A stretch of 64,000 nucleotides of DNA from Candidatus Binatia bacterium (GTDB taxonomy: Bacteria; Desulfobacterota; Binatia; UBA9968; CAXXLF01). Below, in pieces: positions 22,011-32,135 of this stretch (positions within the stretch are counted from its first letter, which is position 1; the number at the start of each line of letters is the position of its first letter). Both the position numbers and the translations under genes were made by a program. The notes beneath the pieces are model-generated. The model saw only the letters and a list, made by a program, of their open reading frames with translations. It was not told where the DNA came from and did no database searches. The stretch covers positions 2,112,001-2,176,000 of the forward strand of contig CAXXLF010000002.1 of assembly GCA_963664015.2 (NCBI GenBank), in the 5' to 3' direction.

Positions 22011-23856
22011 ACAAACCCGAACAGATACCAGCGTACCGAAAGGGTCAATGAGGGTAGTGTATGTTCTGTCTTTCATTCTCTCTGCCTGTAGCCTGTTATA
22101 CGAGCTTCTGATCGCCCAGACCTTGACCATGATCGCGGGGAATATGGTCGTTTGGTATAGCCTCACCGTGGGAATTTTCCTGGCGGCGATGGGGGTGGGG
22201 GTCATCCTCCATGGATCACTGGGCTGGTCACGGAACTGGGGCCGCCTCTACATGGTCGAGATTATGCTCAGCCTGATAGGCGCGTCTGCCGTCATTCTAT
22301 TGAACAGTGCCCATACCCTGTACCTCTTTCAGATGACCCGAAGCACTGGGGATATGAGCATCTTTATCTTCTTTAGCCTATGGTTTACGATTACCTTTCT
22401 GATCGGGATACTCACGGGAATGGAACTCCCGCTGCTGATCGATCTCGGCAAAGCGGTTGCCGCTGGGACCGATGTGACAAACCGAGTGCTCGGTTGGGAT
22501 TACATCGGCGCCCTCGCGGGAGGAGTGATCTTTCCTCTCTTTCTAGTCCCTTTTTTATACCTTCACACCATCGGTTTCCTGATCGCCGGTCTTAACCTTC
22601 TCGTGGCCTTTTATCTGTTGCGTTGCTTACTGCCCCGGTCCCCGTGGGCAAGTGTGAAAACGGTTGGTTGCGCTGTCTTCGGGACGATTTTAGTCGTAGC
22701 CACCATGGCCCAAGCCGAAATCGATCAGTACTTTCTGCAAAGGTACTACTACTATCAAGAGGCCTCCGAGAGTCTCGGCCAGCTCATCCGGCCCATGCAC
22801 GATATGCCCTTCGTCTATCGGGAAAACTCACCTTATCAAAAGATCGACATCGTCCATGACCCCGGCCACTATGATAACTTTATGGAGGCCTATTCAACCA
22901 AGTTCATCGAGAAACCGTATCAACCGACCAACCGTTATCTCTTTCTCAATGGAGATTTTCAGCTAGCTTCCAATTACGAAGAGCTCTATCATGAGTGGTT
23001 TACCCACATCCCCATTATCGTGAACGGTAAAGTGCCGGAGCGAGTTCTGGTCTTGGGCGGTGGCGACGGCATTATTCATCGCGAACTACTCAAATACCGA
23101 GGGGTCAAAAGCATTGACCATGTCGACATCGATCATCGCCTCGTGGCTTTGGCAAAGGCCCATCCGATTCTCTCGACCATTAACGAAGGCTCTCTTCACG
23201 ATTCCCGGGTGCACATCTCTTTCGGTGATGCGTTTCAGTATGCCCGGAATTATAACGGCAAGAAATACGATGCTATCTATATGGACTTCCCCAATGCATT
23301 GGACTACAACGTTTCGAAACTCTACAGTCGTGAGTTTTATCACTTTGTCAGGAGGTGTCTTGCCAATGATGGATTTGCCGTCCTCGACGCTCCTGAGATC
23401 GAGACTATCCAGGAACTAGACGCAAGGAATAAAGTTGGTTCGAGACCCGGGGGCAGCTGGGCTATTCATTCCAACACCATGCGTTTGGCTGGATTCAAGA
23501 CAGTTATCCCCTATTACTCGCTTTTAGAAAATGATAACCCCAATGCGTATGGTGGGGTTGGAGATTCCGCGGATGCCCTCATAGTGGAAGAGGAAACGCA
23601 GGAGTTAGGAACCGACTCTGGGGTGAACTACGAGTTGGAACAGGGGTTCATTATGCTCCGCAAGGACGAAAGGCGCGGACCTTTCGAGTATATGGATTTT
23701 GGTATCAAGCTGCATGTATTGAACGAACTGCGTTTCGGGCTCGCATTCCCCCATTTCCCAGAAAACAAGGGCCCGGTGGACCTCACCAAAGTCAACTCAA
23801 TCCTGCGCCCAACCCTGCCGGAAGGTGGAATCTGGTATATTCGCTCGGCCTGGTAA
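22003..23856 (+). CDS. speE: Membrane-fused polyamine aminopropyltransferase (spermidine synthase-like)
   Basis: About 7 N-terminal TM helices (CSLLYELL, GMELPLL, DYIGALAG), then SPYQKI, LNGDFQ, YHE, VLVLGGGDG, VDID, GDA; overlaps the speD stop. Confidence 0.88.
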   Translation: MSEQTRTDTSVPKGSMRVVYVLSFILSACSLLYELLIAQTLTMIAGNMVVWYSLTVGIFLAAMGVGVILHGSLGWSRNWGRLYMVEIMLSLIGASAVILLNSAHTLYLFQMTRSTGDMSIFIFFSLWFTITFLIGILTGMELPLLIDLGKAVAAGTDVTNRVLGWDYIGALAGGVIFPLFLVPFLYLHTIGFLIAGLNLLVAFYLLRCLLPRSPWASVKTVGCAVFGTILVVATMAQAEIDQYFLQRYYYYQEASESLGQLIRPMHDMPFVYRENSPYQKIDIVHDPGHYDNFMEAYSTKFIEKPYQPTNRYLFLNGDFQLASNYEELYHEWFTHIPIIVNGKVPERVLVLGGGDGIIHRELLKYRGVKSIDHVDIDHRLVALAKAHPILSTINEGSLHDSRVHISFGDAFQYARNYNGKKYDAIYMDFPNALDYNVSKLYSREFYHFVRRCLANDGFAVLDAPEIETIQELDARNKVGSRPGGSWAIHSNTMRLAGFKTVIPYYSLLENDNPNAYGGVGDSADALIVEEETQELGTDSGVNYELEQGFIMLRKDERRGPFEYMDFGIKLHVLNELRFGLAFPHFPENKGPVDLTKVNSILRPTLPEGGIWYIRSAW

Positions 23857-24161
23857 TTGGGCTGGTCGGGAGGTCCTAACTCCAATCGGTACTGAAACGG
23901 CGCGAAGGCTCTCGGTTGCTGGTCTGAACCACTGATTCAATATCGATAGATGAAGATGGGGTAAATATTCTTGCATCACGTGGCCAATCTTGGACAACTG
24001 GCGATTCCTACTTAGCCGTTCGAACATCTTACCCTAGGGGCTTGCCCCATGGCCATAAATTAATCTTTTTTAGGATGAAAATATTTTTCATTTCAATGCC
24101 TTGCATGGCCTCTTCCTTAAGAAGGCTGGAGCAGACGCTTTAAAATTCAAGTAGTTGTGGA

Positions 24162-24178
24162 TAGGCATTTATTTTGCT
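24162..24178 (+). promoter_or_regulatory. Putative sigma-54 promoter with upstream IHF-like sites
   Basis: AGGCATTTATTTTGCT has GG-N10-GC spacing; TTTCAATGCCTTG (~24091) and ATTCAAGTAGTTG (~24145) resemble WATCAANNNNTTR. Confidence 0.45.
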
Positions 24179-24194
24179 TCCCTAAAGACCTGAT

Positions 24195-24581
24195 ATGAAA
24201 AAGAAGATACTTATCGTAGAAGACGAACAGGCCCTTCTCAATATCCTGCAGCTGCTGCTGCGAGAGTCTTATGACATTCAGCTGGCCAGGAATGGCAAGT
24301 TGGGCTTGGAGATGGCGACAAGCGAACCTCCGGACCTCATTCGGATGTACATATCCATGCCCGAGATGGACGGCCTTGAGGTGCTCAAACGCCTCAAAGA
24401 TAATACTGCTACGTCAATGATTCCCGTGATTTTCCTGACTGGTAAGGTTGAACATGAGAATGTTCTCAAAGGCTACAAGACCGGGGCTGACTACTACATT
24501 ACGAAATCTTTTACGAAGAACCAGTTGATGAACGGAATCCATCTTTTCCTGGAGCCGGAAAAGGCCACAGCGAGCTTGTAA
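24195..24581 (+). CDS. Single-domain response regulator receiver with degenerate phospho-site
   Basis: KILIVEDE, PDLIRMYISMPEMDG (Y at the conserved D), PVIFLT, GADYYITKSF. Confidence 0.85.
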   Translation: MKKKILIVEDEQALLNILQLLLRESYDIQLARNGKLGLEMATSEPPDLIRMYISMPEMDGLEVLKRLKDNTATSMIPVIFLTGKVEHENVLKGYKTGADYYITKSFTKNQLMNGIHLFLEPEKATASL

Positions 24582-24697
24582 CGTCACTGCTCCCGCCCCT
24601 TGACTTCGTGCCACTATAACAGCCTCAGTCGTCAAAAACTTTTTTCTATCCTATGTGTACTGTTTTGGTTCCTGTCCGTAATATGCTAATCTTCCAT

Positions 24698-24877
24698 ATG
24701 GCAGACACGTTCCTGAAACGGAAGAAACAACAGACGCGTGACTTAAAAAAGCGGGAAAAAGAAGCACGCCTGCAGGGACGTAGGGAAGAAAAGGCTGGAC
24801 GCGAGCCGCTAGAACCAGGCGAAGACCCGGATCTTGCCGGGATCCGGCCTGGTCCCCAGCCAGATATTGACTGGTAA
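24698..24877 (+). CDS. Small basic hypothetical protein (59 aa)
   Basis: TFLKRKKQ...KREKEAR...GEDPDLAGIRPGPQP; I recall this pattern from small proteins of deltaproteobacteria, not verified. Confidence 0.65.
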   Translation: MADTFLKRKKQQTRDLKKREKEARLQGRREEKAGREPLEPGEDPDLAGIRPGPQPDIDW

Positions 24878-25137
24878 GCTTCCCACGATCTTGTTATCTC
24901 CACTGTGTATTCCAGCCTTGGTATTTAGGTCAAGTTTGTACCTAACCAGCCCGACGCCATAATTTATATATTGACCCTGGCCTCTACCTTGGGAGTACCT
25001 TTCTAGAGGCAAAATAATAATCGGAATATTGGGTTCGCGAGCCTTTTTCAGGCGGTGAACCGTGGTGGACAAAGGGATTGCGGCCTGGTTATCAGTGGAA
25101 CGAATAGGGGTAAAGGCAGTGGGGGACAGGCGGGCGA

Positions 25138-26958
25138 TTAGGGGCGGTTCCGCTGAGGCCTCTTGGGCCGAATGGATTCGATCCACTCGTTTAACTGCCG
25201 GGCGGTGATTTCCTGGGAACCGAGTCCTAAGGCAATGGCCAAGGCCACAACAACAGCTCCAAACAGAAGGCCGAAGGCTATATTGACTATCTCGCTGCCT
25301 ATACCCATCTGGCGTAAAGCCATGGCTCCGGAGAGGATCATAATGGCGAGATTGGCGGCTGTGGCCAAGAGTCCCGCTTGCGGAGTACTTCTGGCCCGCA
25401 GTGTTCTGGGGGCGAGGTCCGCGAGATTGAGGCCGATGCCAAAGATGATCAATCCCAGGATAACCTTACTGGCAAAAGTAATGAAACCGGCAATGAGCAC
25501 GGCTAAGAGGGCAAACCCTAATTGGGTTGCCGTTTCGACTGCAGCGATAAGTATAACGGCGACTAGGACCAAGAACCCGACGATCTCGGAAGGGCTTCGT
25601 CCTGTAGCTCTCGACGCGTCGCCTCGACCTAATTCAGCCAGCAATGCGTTGAAACCCACACTGTCAAGGAAGTTGGCAATGAGCCCTGCAAGCACGCGGC
25701 CCACAATGAAAGGCAAAACCAAAACAAGGGTCCCCGCGAAGATCGCGGGGAGCGCCACCAGCAGAGTATTCAGCATATTGCTGGCGGGTTGTGAGAGGGC
25801 TTATAATTTTAAAACGTTCAGAGCGGCAATCAACACCGGTATGAGGATCAAGGTGTAGGGCACCACCCCTACGGCGTTGGAAAATCCCTGGGGCCCGAGG
25901 ACCGGGGCCAATCCAGCTCTATCGCTCAACAAGTTCGCACCCGCAGATGCAAGTATGTCGGAAACGATTCGCCGGAGAGCCTTCGCCACAAACCAACCCA
26001 CGACTAGAATGACGGCAGCCATAACTATATTGGGCAGCAATCCCATAGCTTCCCTGAGCATTGCCTGAATGGGAGCCGTGAGACTGGGCAGTTGAAGGAC
26101 GCTCAGTATGGCCGGGAGAAACAGCAGGAAAACGAGCCAGTACGCCGTCGCGGCAACCGAATTGCCTGGAGAAAATTTCTGGTCGCTTTCCCTTATCTCT
26201 TTGCCGATACGCTTGTCGAAGCCAATGGCTGCAAGGCCACCGGTGATGAGAAGTTTCAGGATACTTGCCAGTGCCCAGGCGAACAAGAGCAAAAGCCCTG
26301 CACCCAGCACGCGCGGTAAGAATTGGGCAATTTGATCCAAAAGGCGATTGAGCGGCTCCGTAATGGATGCCAACCCCAGAAGCTGGAAGAACACGATCAG
26401 CACCAGGAGCATCAGGACGTAATAAACCGCTCGTGAGGCCCATTGCGCGACGTCAACGTTCCGGGCCTTGTTCCCGTCGAAACTCCATTGGCCTAATACT
26501 TGTTTGAGCCTGACCCGGCGAAGCCCCCTACGCAGGAGGAGGCAAATAAGGTGACATCCTATCCAGCCGATAATCAAAGCACCCATTGCAATTAACAGCG
26601 CAAGTAGGGCCTGTCGAACCCGAAGAGCGGCTTGACCGAATTGACTCGGAATCGGACGGTCCGGTTGACCGAACCACCCAATGAGCAGGGCGACAATAAA
26701 AAAGGAAAACGCGACGAAACATGTCAGGAAGAATTTTCGTTCAGATCTTCCTATGGCGTGAACATCGTGCTTGGCTGCATATTGGTGCTGTTTCCAGAGA
26801 AGTACCATGCCAATGGCTCCGATGATCGCTGCATTGGAATAGGCTTTATTCTACAGCGCAATATTCCCAGCTACACCGAGACAGGCTATAGCACTCAGAA
26901 CCAACAGCCCCCAGGCTATGGCGAAAAAAATAGATTCTTTATGGTCGTCGCCTGCCAC
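25138..26958 (-). pseudogene. TM-helix-repeat / mechanosensitive-channel-like (CmpX-type) membrane protein with two nonsense codons
   Basis: Single frame from GTG 26958 (RBS GGAAGGA) interrupted by TAG 26851-26853 and TAA 25801-25803; repeated LPxxxxAxxxLxxGW units; C-terminal VNIAFGLLFGAVVVALAIALGLG. Confidence 0.85.
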
Positions 26959-26975
26959 TATTTTTCCTTCCCTCT

Positions 26976-27176
26976 CTAGAGTTTAGATGCACCGACCCAT
27001 TGGAGAATCGCCCCAATAAAAACAAGTCCCAACCGAGCCATCTCATTGGCATCCAGTCCGGCGAGGGATCCGCTAGCCTCAAGACTCAGGTCCACTTCCA
27101 GAACGGCTAACGCTAATCCAGAAAACAGTGCCAGTGAACCGACAAGGGACAATATGACAAGAATCCACGATTTCAT
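26976..27176 (-). CDS. Small two-TM membrane protein
   Basis: Two hydrophobic segments; ends 18 bp before the next gene's start. Confidence 0.5.
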   Translation of the reverse strand: MKSWILVILSLVGSLALFSGLALAVLEVDLSLEASGSLAGLDANEMARLGLVFIGAILQWVGASKL

Positions 27177-27424
27177 GGGTATTTCGATATACTCAGAGAG
27201 TTATGATTTTGCAGCGGCAGGTTGGTGCGGATTCCCATAGATCACCACATAATAATAGTGGGAGTGTCTTCCTAGGCCGCCGGCCTGTCAACAAAAATAA
27301 TAGTGCGGAGATAGCATACATAATCGTGAGCGCTCCTTTGGAGCGGGAACTCCCAGCTTTGCGGTCCGTTAGTGGGTTCCAAGGGACAGTTGACAACATG
27401 GTCTCGACTCTTCTAGGTTATGTC

Positions 27425-27841
27425 ATGATCAACTTATCCAACGATATAGCTAAACTGGTGGACAACGCGTATGCCAACGGCTGTCCTTGCATTGTGGCGA
27501 CTGCGTCGGCTTCAGGCGACCCGGACATCGGATACAAGGGTAGTGTCATGGTTTTCGACAGCAAGTCGCTGGCCTATTGGGAGCGTACCAAGCGTCAGCA
27601 CTTGAAAAACCTTACGGAGAACTCGCGTATCATCGTTCTGTTCCGGGATCCTAATGCCAAGGTCAATCTTCGCTTCCACGGTTCGGTTACGCTTGAGGAA
27701 AGCGGGCCTGTGTGGGAACAGGTGATGGCGAGGGTCATCAAGCCGGAGCTGGATAAGGATCCGGAACGCAAGGGGGTTGCCGTAGTGATCAACGTGGACA
27801 AAGTTACGACCATGTCCGGACAGGTCCTTCAGTCTGCCTAG
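27425..27841 (+). CDS. Pyridoxamine 5'-phosphate oxidase-like (split-barrel) protein
   Basis: CIVATASASGDPDIGYKGS, LAYWERT, NLTEN, LRFHG; start at ATG 27425. Confidence 0.85.
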   Translation: MINLSNDIAKLVDNAYANGCPCIVATASASGDPDIGYKGSVMVFDSKSLAYWERTKRQHLKNLTENSRIIVLFRDPNAKVNLRFHGSVTLEESGPVWEQVMARVIKPELDKDPERKGVAVVINVDKVTTMSGQVLQSA

Positions 27842-28045
27842 CCATTCTCCGGCTTTTAGATCCAAGCGGTTCCGAAGGCGCCATAGCCGACTGGGGTCTT
27901 TGGCTTCATTGTAGCATCATCCGACTCATCCACGATGGCCCTTGCTCCGAGCGAGAGTGAGGTGTTGGTTTGTGCACTTGTCATTGGGCTGAACCTCCAA
28001 TGAGTTTTTGCCGGGAATTGGAGCGGTGTCAATGGAGGAAAGGGT

Positions 28046-28201
28046 TCAAGTCATATGCCAACAATCGGATAAGCCTGCCGATGATTCAGAATCATCTCGA
28101 TTGGCAATTCCAAGAGGCGGATTCTCAACCAGCGTCATAAAGCAGAGATAGCATTGCTCACGTTTCATTGAGCGAGTCACGTCAGGTTTCGGCTCTTCCA
28201 T
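28046..28201 (-). pseudogene. Gene stub, possibly a YciI-like protein N-terminus
   Basis: GGAGGGGAGG RBS; MEEPKPDVTRSMKREQCYLCFMTLVENPP, then LPIEMILNHRQAY in a shifted frame. Confidence 0.35.
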
Positions 28202-28284
28202 TCCCTCCCCTCCATAGTTGGATTACGCGGATAAGCGATACGATTCATCCGTTACCCGGACACCGTTGAATTAGAATGCCATTG

Positions 28285-29439
28285 CTATGAGGTAGCATTT
28301 TTCGGTCGATAAACGGCCTGCTCCTCATCGGAAAGGAGGCGTTCCGTGATCGTTAAATCGATGCTCTTATTCATTTCCGGATCCCTCACCAGAGCTAAGG
28401 GGTCCCCTCCTTGTTGCACGATAGAAATCTGGTCCGCCAAAAGCTTACGGTAGAGAATGACCCCCTGATCGGACTCACCCAGGTGCTCCTTCATCCGATT
28501 GAAGATCGGGCCTTGGGTTTCCCAGGCCATGCGGTCCTGGCTTTGAATGCTTTGCATGTGAAACTCCCCTTCTTCGTTCTTGTGTGGGTCGTATCTCACT
28601 GGGGGATCCTCTGAGCCCTCCATCCTTCCACCCGCTTTCAACTGGGAAGCATAAAGTGTGTAGACCAGCATGTGGGTATCGTCGACGGGGGCATACCACC
28701 TCAGAAAGCGGGGATGTCTAAGGATATTGGGAAAAATCAAAAGGTGCCCAGCCTCAGGGTCTTCTCCCGTATAAGTCCTTTTCTTTCGTAGGCCCCATTC
28801 GGTTTGTTCGACTTCGAATTTTTCAATGGATCGGTACAGGTAGGCCCCTTGGTTGATTTCCTGGGTCTTCATCGCGTGGCCATGGAGAAAGTAGGTGTGA
28901 AGAGGGTCTGCTGAATTTTCCGCCGCCTGAAGCCAGTTGCAGTGAATAACCGGTGTGCTGATGGAAATGGTTCTTTTGAAGCCCTCATTCACCGTCATAT
29001 CCCAGCGCGGGAGTAGAGGCTTTTCGTCAAGCGGACCCATATACGCGAATAGAAGTCCCGCCAACTTCTCGACAGGGTATGCCTTCTGGCATATTTTGCT
29101 TTTAAAATCTGGGTTACTTTCGAAGGGCTGCTCCACGCATGTTCCGCTGGAATCGTACTTCCAGCCGTGGTAAGCGCACCGAATCCCATCCTCCTCCACA
29201 AACCCATAGTAAAGTGACGCCCCCCGGTGCGAGCACTGTTCTTCCAGAAGTCCGAATCTTCCCTGCCTATCGCTGTAAAGGACCAGGTCCTCCCCCAATA
29301 ATCTGACCCGTTTCTTGGGCTTCTCCTCTGTCAGCTCGCACGCGGCTGCAATAGGATGCCAGTAGCGGCGCAACAACTCACCGCACAGAGTTCCAGGCCC
29401 GACTTTCGTTAATAGCTCGTTCGTTTCGTGATTTAACAC
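28285..29439 (-). CDS. Rieske non-heme iron oxygenase alpha subunit (phthalate 4,5-dioxygenase / LigX-like group)
   Basis: LTKVGPGT..GELLRRYWHP, CSHRG...CAYHGW, NWLQAAENSADPLHTYFLH, QDRMAWETQG. Confidence 0.93.
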   Translation of the reverse strand: MLNHETNELLTKVGPGTLCGELLRRYWHPIAAACELTEEKPKKRVRLLGEDLVLYSDRQGRFGLLEEQCSHRGASLYYGFVEEDGIRCAYHGWKYDSSGTCVEQPFESNPDFKSKICQKAYPVEKLAGLLFAYMGPLDEKPLLPRWDMTVNEGFKRTISISTPVIHCNWLQAAENSADPLHTYFLHGHAMKTQEINQGAYLYRSIEKFEVEQTEWGLRKKRTYTGEDPEAGHLLIFPNILRHPRFLRWYAPVDDTHMLVYTLYASQLKAGGRMEGSEDPPVRYDPHKNEEGEFHMQSIQSQDRMAWETQGPIFNRMKEHLGESDQGVILYRKLLADQISIVQQGGDPLALVRDPEMNKSIDLTITERLLSDEEQAVYRPKNATS

Positions 29440-29851
29440 CTTGCTCTCCCCCTTGCGTTTGTGCCTTGAGTCATCCGTAGACCGGGGTTGCGCAGTCAGC
29501 TGTTACCGTGCCCCTCTATCGTTGCTTCAGGCAATATGGAGGTACTTTACGACAAGTGGGAATTCTAAATCAAGTGTGAATCAGATCGCAGGTAGCAAGC
29601 AGATAGATAAGTCGTGCAAATTGTGATGGAAGCGGATGGCCAGAACTAACCTGATGGGTACAGGGGCAGACGTTACGATTCCCAACTGGGTGAAAGGGGG
29701 GGGTGGGGGGGGGCCGTTCAATCAGAATTTGAAGGTTGGGTGGCTCTAAGGGGGGGGCGCAGTCCCAGGCTCTTTTTAGAATTTCCAAGCATTTATCCCT
29801 ATTTGTACCCCTGTTGCCGCCCTTGCTCAAACAGTTTCTTATAATAATCAC

Positions 29852-29975
29852 GATACCCCTTTTCGGAGCCCGAGTTGTAGCCCTCGCCGAAACCGTCGCT
29901 GAAGGGGTCCTTAGGGAGCGTTATGGTAGGGGGGGAGAGGTGGGTTACAACGGGCCTTCGTGGGCAAAAAGGTTG
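29852..29975 (+). ncRNA. Candidate structured ncRNA (long irregular hairpin)
   Basis: TATAAT at 29840-29845, then nested helices CCTTTT/AAAAGG, CGGAG/CTTCG, CCCG/CGGG, GTTGTAGCCC/GGGTTACAAC, ACCGT/ATGGT, CGCT/AGCG, AAGG/CCTT; three G-U pairs favour the + strand. Confidence 0.45.
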
Positions 29976-30008
29976 AGGCCGCCCCAGGTGGTGGATTCAA
30001 CCAGGTGG

Positions 30009-30761
30009 CTAAAATAACTGATCGAATGTTTGGATGGTGAGGTGTCTGGAATGGTCCGGAACCACGCTCCCCGGTCGGAGGCACAAAACTGTTTGCATCA
30101 ATGCCGAGCGTGCCGCGTCCAGTTCCTCGACGACGTCAGAGACAAAGAGAATCTCTGCGGGATCCATCCCCAGCTCGGCTGCAATTCGGCGGTAGCTCTT
30201 CTTCTCCCGCTTTGCCCCTATGGTGGTGTCGAAATTGGCACGAATAAACCTGGTTAGGTCACCATGGTCGGTGGTTTTGAAGATCAGCCGTTGCGCCAGA
30301 ACGCTGCCTGAAGAGAAGATGCAAATGCATGTTTTTTGTTTGGTCCATCTCTCGAAGGCCGGGGCAACATCGGCGTAAACCTGACCACGGAGTTCTCCCG
30401 ACCGGTAACCGGACTGCCAAATCTTACCTTGCAGCGACTTCAGGGTTGTGACTTTACGATCCCGGTCTATTAACCAATGGATGTAGTGGACGACGGAGAC
30501 TAGGGTCCTACTAATATCGTGCAGACCTGATTGCCACAAAGGAGGATCAAGATCAGCGCTCAAGTCCGATTGATATTGTTTCCACAACCCTTCGAGATCG
30601 GAACGAACTTCTAGGGTGTGGCTGTTCTTTCGAAGATAGGCCTCAACGTGTTCCCGAGCGAAGGGAAAAAGGACGTCGGTCACAAATGTTATAGGTGAAG
30701 TCGTCCCCTCGATGTCTAGAATGACGGCCTGGAAGGTCTTGCTGGATATTGAAGCGGCCAC
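30009..30761 (-). CDS. mtnC: Enolase-phosphatase E1 (acireductone synthase)
   Basis: LDIEGTT, FVTDVLFPFA, DRKVTTLKSLQGKIW, SSGSVLAQ, FVSD..ELDAA. Confidence 0.96.
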   Translation of the reverse strand: MAASISSKTFQAVILDIEGTTSPITFVTDVLFPFAREHVEAYLRKNSHTLEVRSDLEGLWKQYQSDLSADLDPPLWQSGLHDISRTLVSVVHYIHWLIDRDRKVTTLKSLQGKIWQSGYRSGELRGQVYADVAPAFERWTKQKTCICIFSSGSVLAQRLIFKTTDHGDLTRFIRANFDTTIGAKREKKSYRRIAAELGMDPAEILFVSDVVEELDAARSALMQTVLCLRPGSVVPDHSRHLTIQTFDQLF

Positions 30762-30762
30762 C

Positions 30763-31329
30763 TCAGCTCTTGGCGGGCTGGACGGCGATATATTGGGGAC
30801 CTAGGCACACGGGCTCGTAGCCTTTATCGACTCCACTCTGGGTATAATGGGGTGTCCAGCCCGCAGGATCCTGGAACAAACGAATGCATCGTATTTCTCT
30901 TTCGCCGCACAAGTGAAACCAGTGGTGAGTATCCTTGGGGACACGAATGAGATCACCGGCTGCCATTTCGATGGCTACGACCGGCCCCTGGCTGGGACGA
31001 ATATGAAAGAGCCCACGGCCATGAATGACAAATCTCACCTCGTCTTCGTCGTGCCAGTGCTCTCGATCGAATTTGGCGAGCATTGCGTCAAGCCCGGCGG
31101 TTTTGGGATTCACGTCAATGACATCGGCTGTGACGTACCCACCACTCGCTTTGAGCTTTTCGATTTCCTTGCCATAGGCTTTGAGCACAGCCTCTTCTGG
31201 ATCGTCCTGGGCCACCGGCTGGCTGGGTTCCCACTGCTCGTAATCGATTCCCATATTTTTCAAATATCGGGCTATGCTTTCAGAATCGGTGATGGTTCGA
31301 TTCTCGTCGGGGATTCTCAAAACGGCCAT
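30763..31329 (-). CDS. mtnD: Acireductone dioxygenase
   Basis: [30 protein letters not shown]. Confidence 0.96.
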   Translation of the reverse strand: MAVLRIPDENRTITDSESIARYLKNMGIDYEQWEPSQPVAQDDPEEAVLKAYGKEIEKLKASGGYVTADVIDVNPKTAGLDAMLAKFDREHWHDEDEVRFVIHGRGLFHIRPSQGPVVAIEMAAGDLIRVPKDTHHWFHLCGEREIRCIRLFQDPAGWTPHYTQSGVDKGYEPVCLGPQYIAVQPAKS

Positions 31330-31343
31330 CAGTGAAGTGCTCC

Positions 31344-32051
31344 TTAGCGCTTTGCTATTGCCAGGCGACTCGCCTGTGGAACCGTGGCGGCGCTGCCGGC
31401 TTCAATCCCGATTGTTCGTCCCCTGACTTCCAACAAGAACTCCAGAATTTCCACATGGCGTTTGGCCTCGCTGAGGTCTCGTCCCCAGGTGTATAGGCCG
31501 TGGCCGCGTAGCAGGACCCCGTGGCAGTAGGGGTATTGCTCCAGTATTGCCTGGACCTCTTTGCTCAAGGCCGACATGTCCTGTGAATTCGCCACAATTG
31601 GGAGCCATTCCTGGTACTCATGGGTGGCCACACCTCGGAGACCCTTCAACATCTCGTAACCTGCGAGGGTGAGCCCGCCTTGGGCGGCTTCCCGTTCGGA
31701 AAGCAATGTGCCCCACACCGAGTGAGTGTGGAGAACGGCGTTCGCCCCAAGGTGGTTAGTGATCATGAGATGCAGTTTTGCTTCGGCGGAGAAACGGTGC
31801 GAGCCTTCTATGACTTTCCCGGACTCGTCAATTTGTACGATTTGCTCCGCACGAAGATTGCTCTTATCGATCCCCGTGGAGGTGATGGCAAGGCGCAAGG
31901 GATTTCGATTGACCACTGCGCTGAAGTTACCGCTTGTCCCCAGGGCCCATCCCCGTTGGCATAGCTCGCGTCCCACCTGGGAAAGGTGTTCGGCGATCCT
32001 AGAGAATTGGGTTTTCGTCTCTTCTTGTTCCATGTGCTTTTGGACGGCCAT
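31344..32051 (-). CDS. mtnB: Methylthioribulose-1-phosphate dehydratase
   Basis: [43 protein letters not shown]; start 32051 or 32033. Confidence 0.96.
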   Translation of the reverse strand: MAVQKHMEQEETKTQFSRIAEHLSQVGRELCQRGWALGTSGNFSAVVNRNPLRLAITSTGIDKSNLRAEQIVQIDESGKVIEGSHRFSAEAKLHLMITNHLGANAVLHTHSVWGTLLSEREAAQGGLTLAGYEMLKGLRGVATHEYQEWLPIVANSQDMSALSKEVQAILEQYPYCHGVLLRGHGLYTWGRDLSEAKRHVEILEFLLEVRGRTIGIEAGSAATVPQASRLAIAKR

Positions 32052-32135
32052 TTTTGGGCCATAAAAACAAAACGAGGTGAAAGTAACCAATCAGGGGGGA
32101 TATGTCAACCCGGCGAAACCAGGGTTACAAAACAC

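Noticed and set aside
29695-29760. G-rich runs as a G-quadruplex or phase-variation tract
   Set aside because: Non-coding homopolymers with no testable context; run lengths are also error-prone.
32052-32135. SAM riboswitch upstream of mtnB, or preQ1 riboswitch upstream of queD
   Set aside because: The mtnB gap is too short and neither region shows the consensus motifs.
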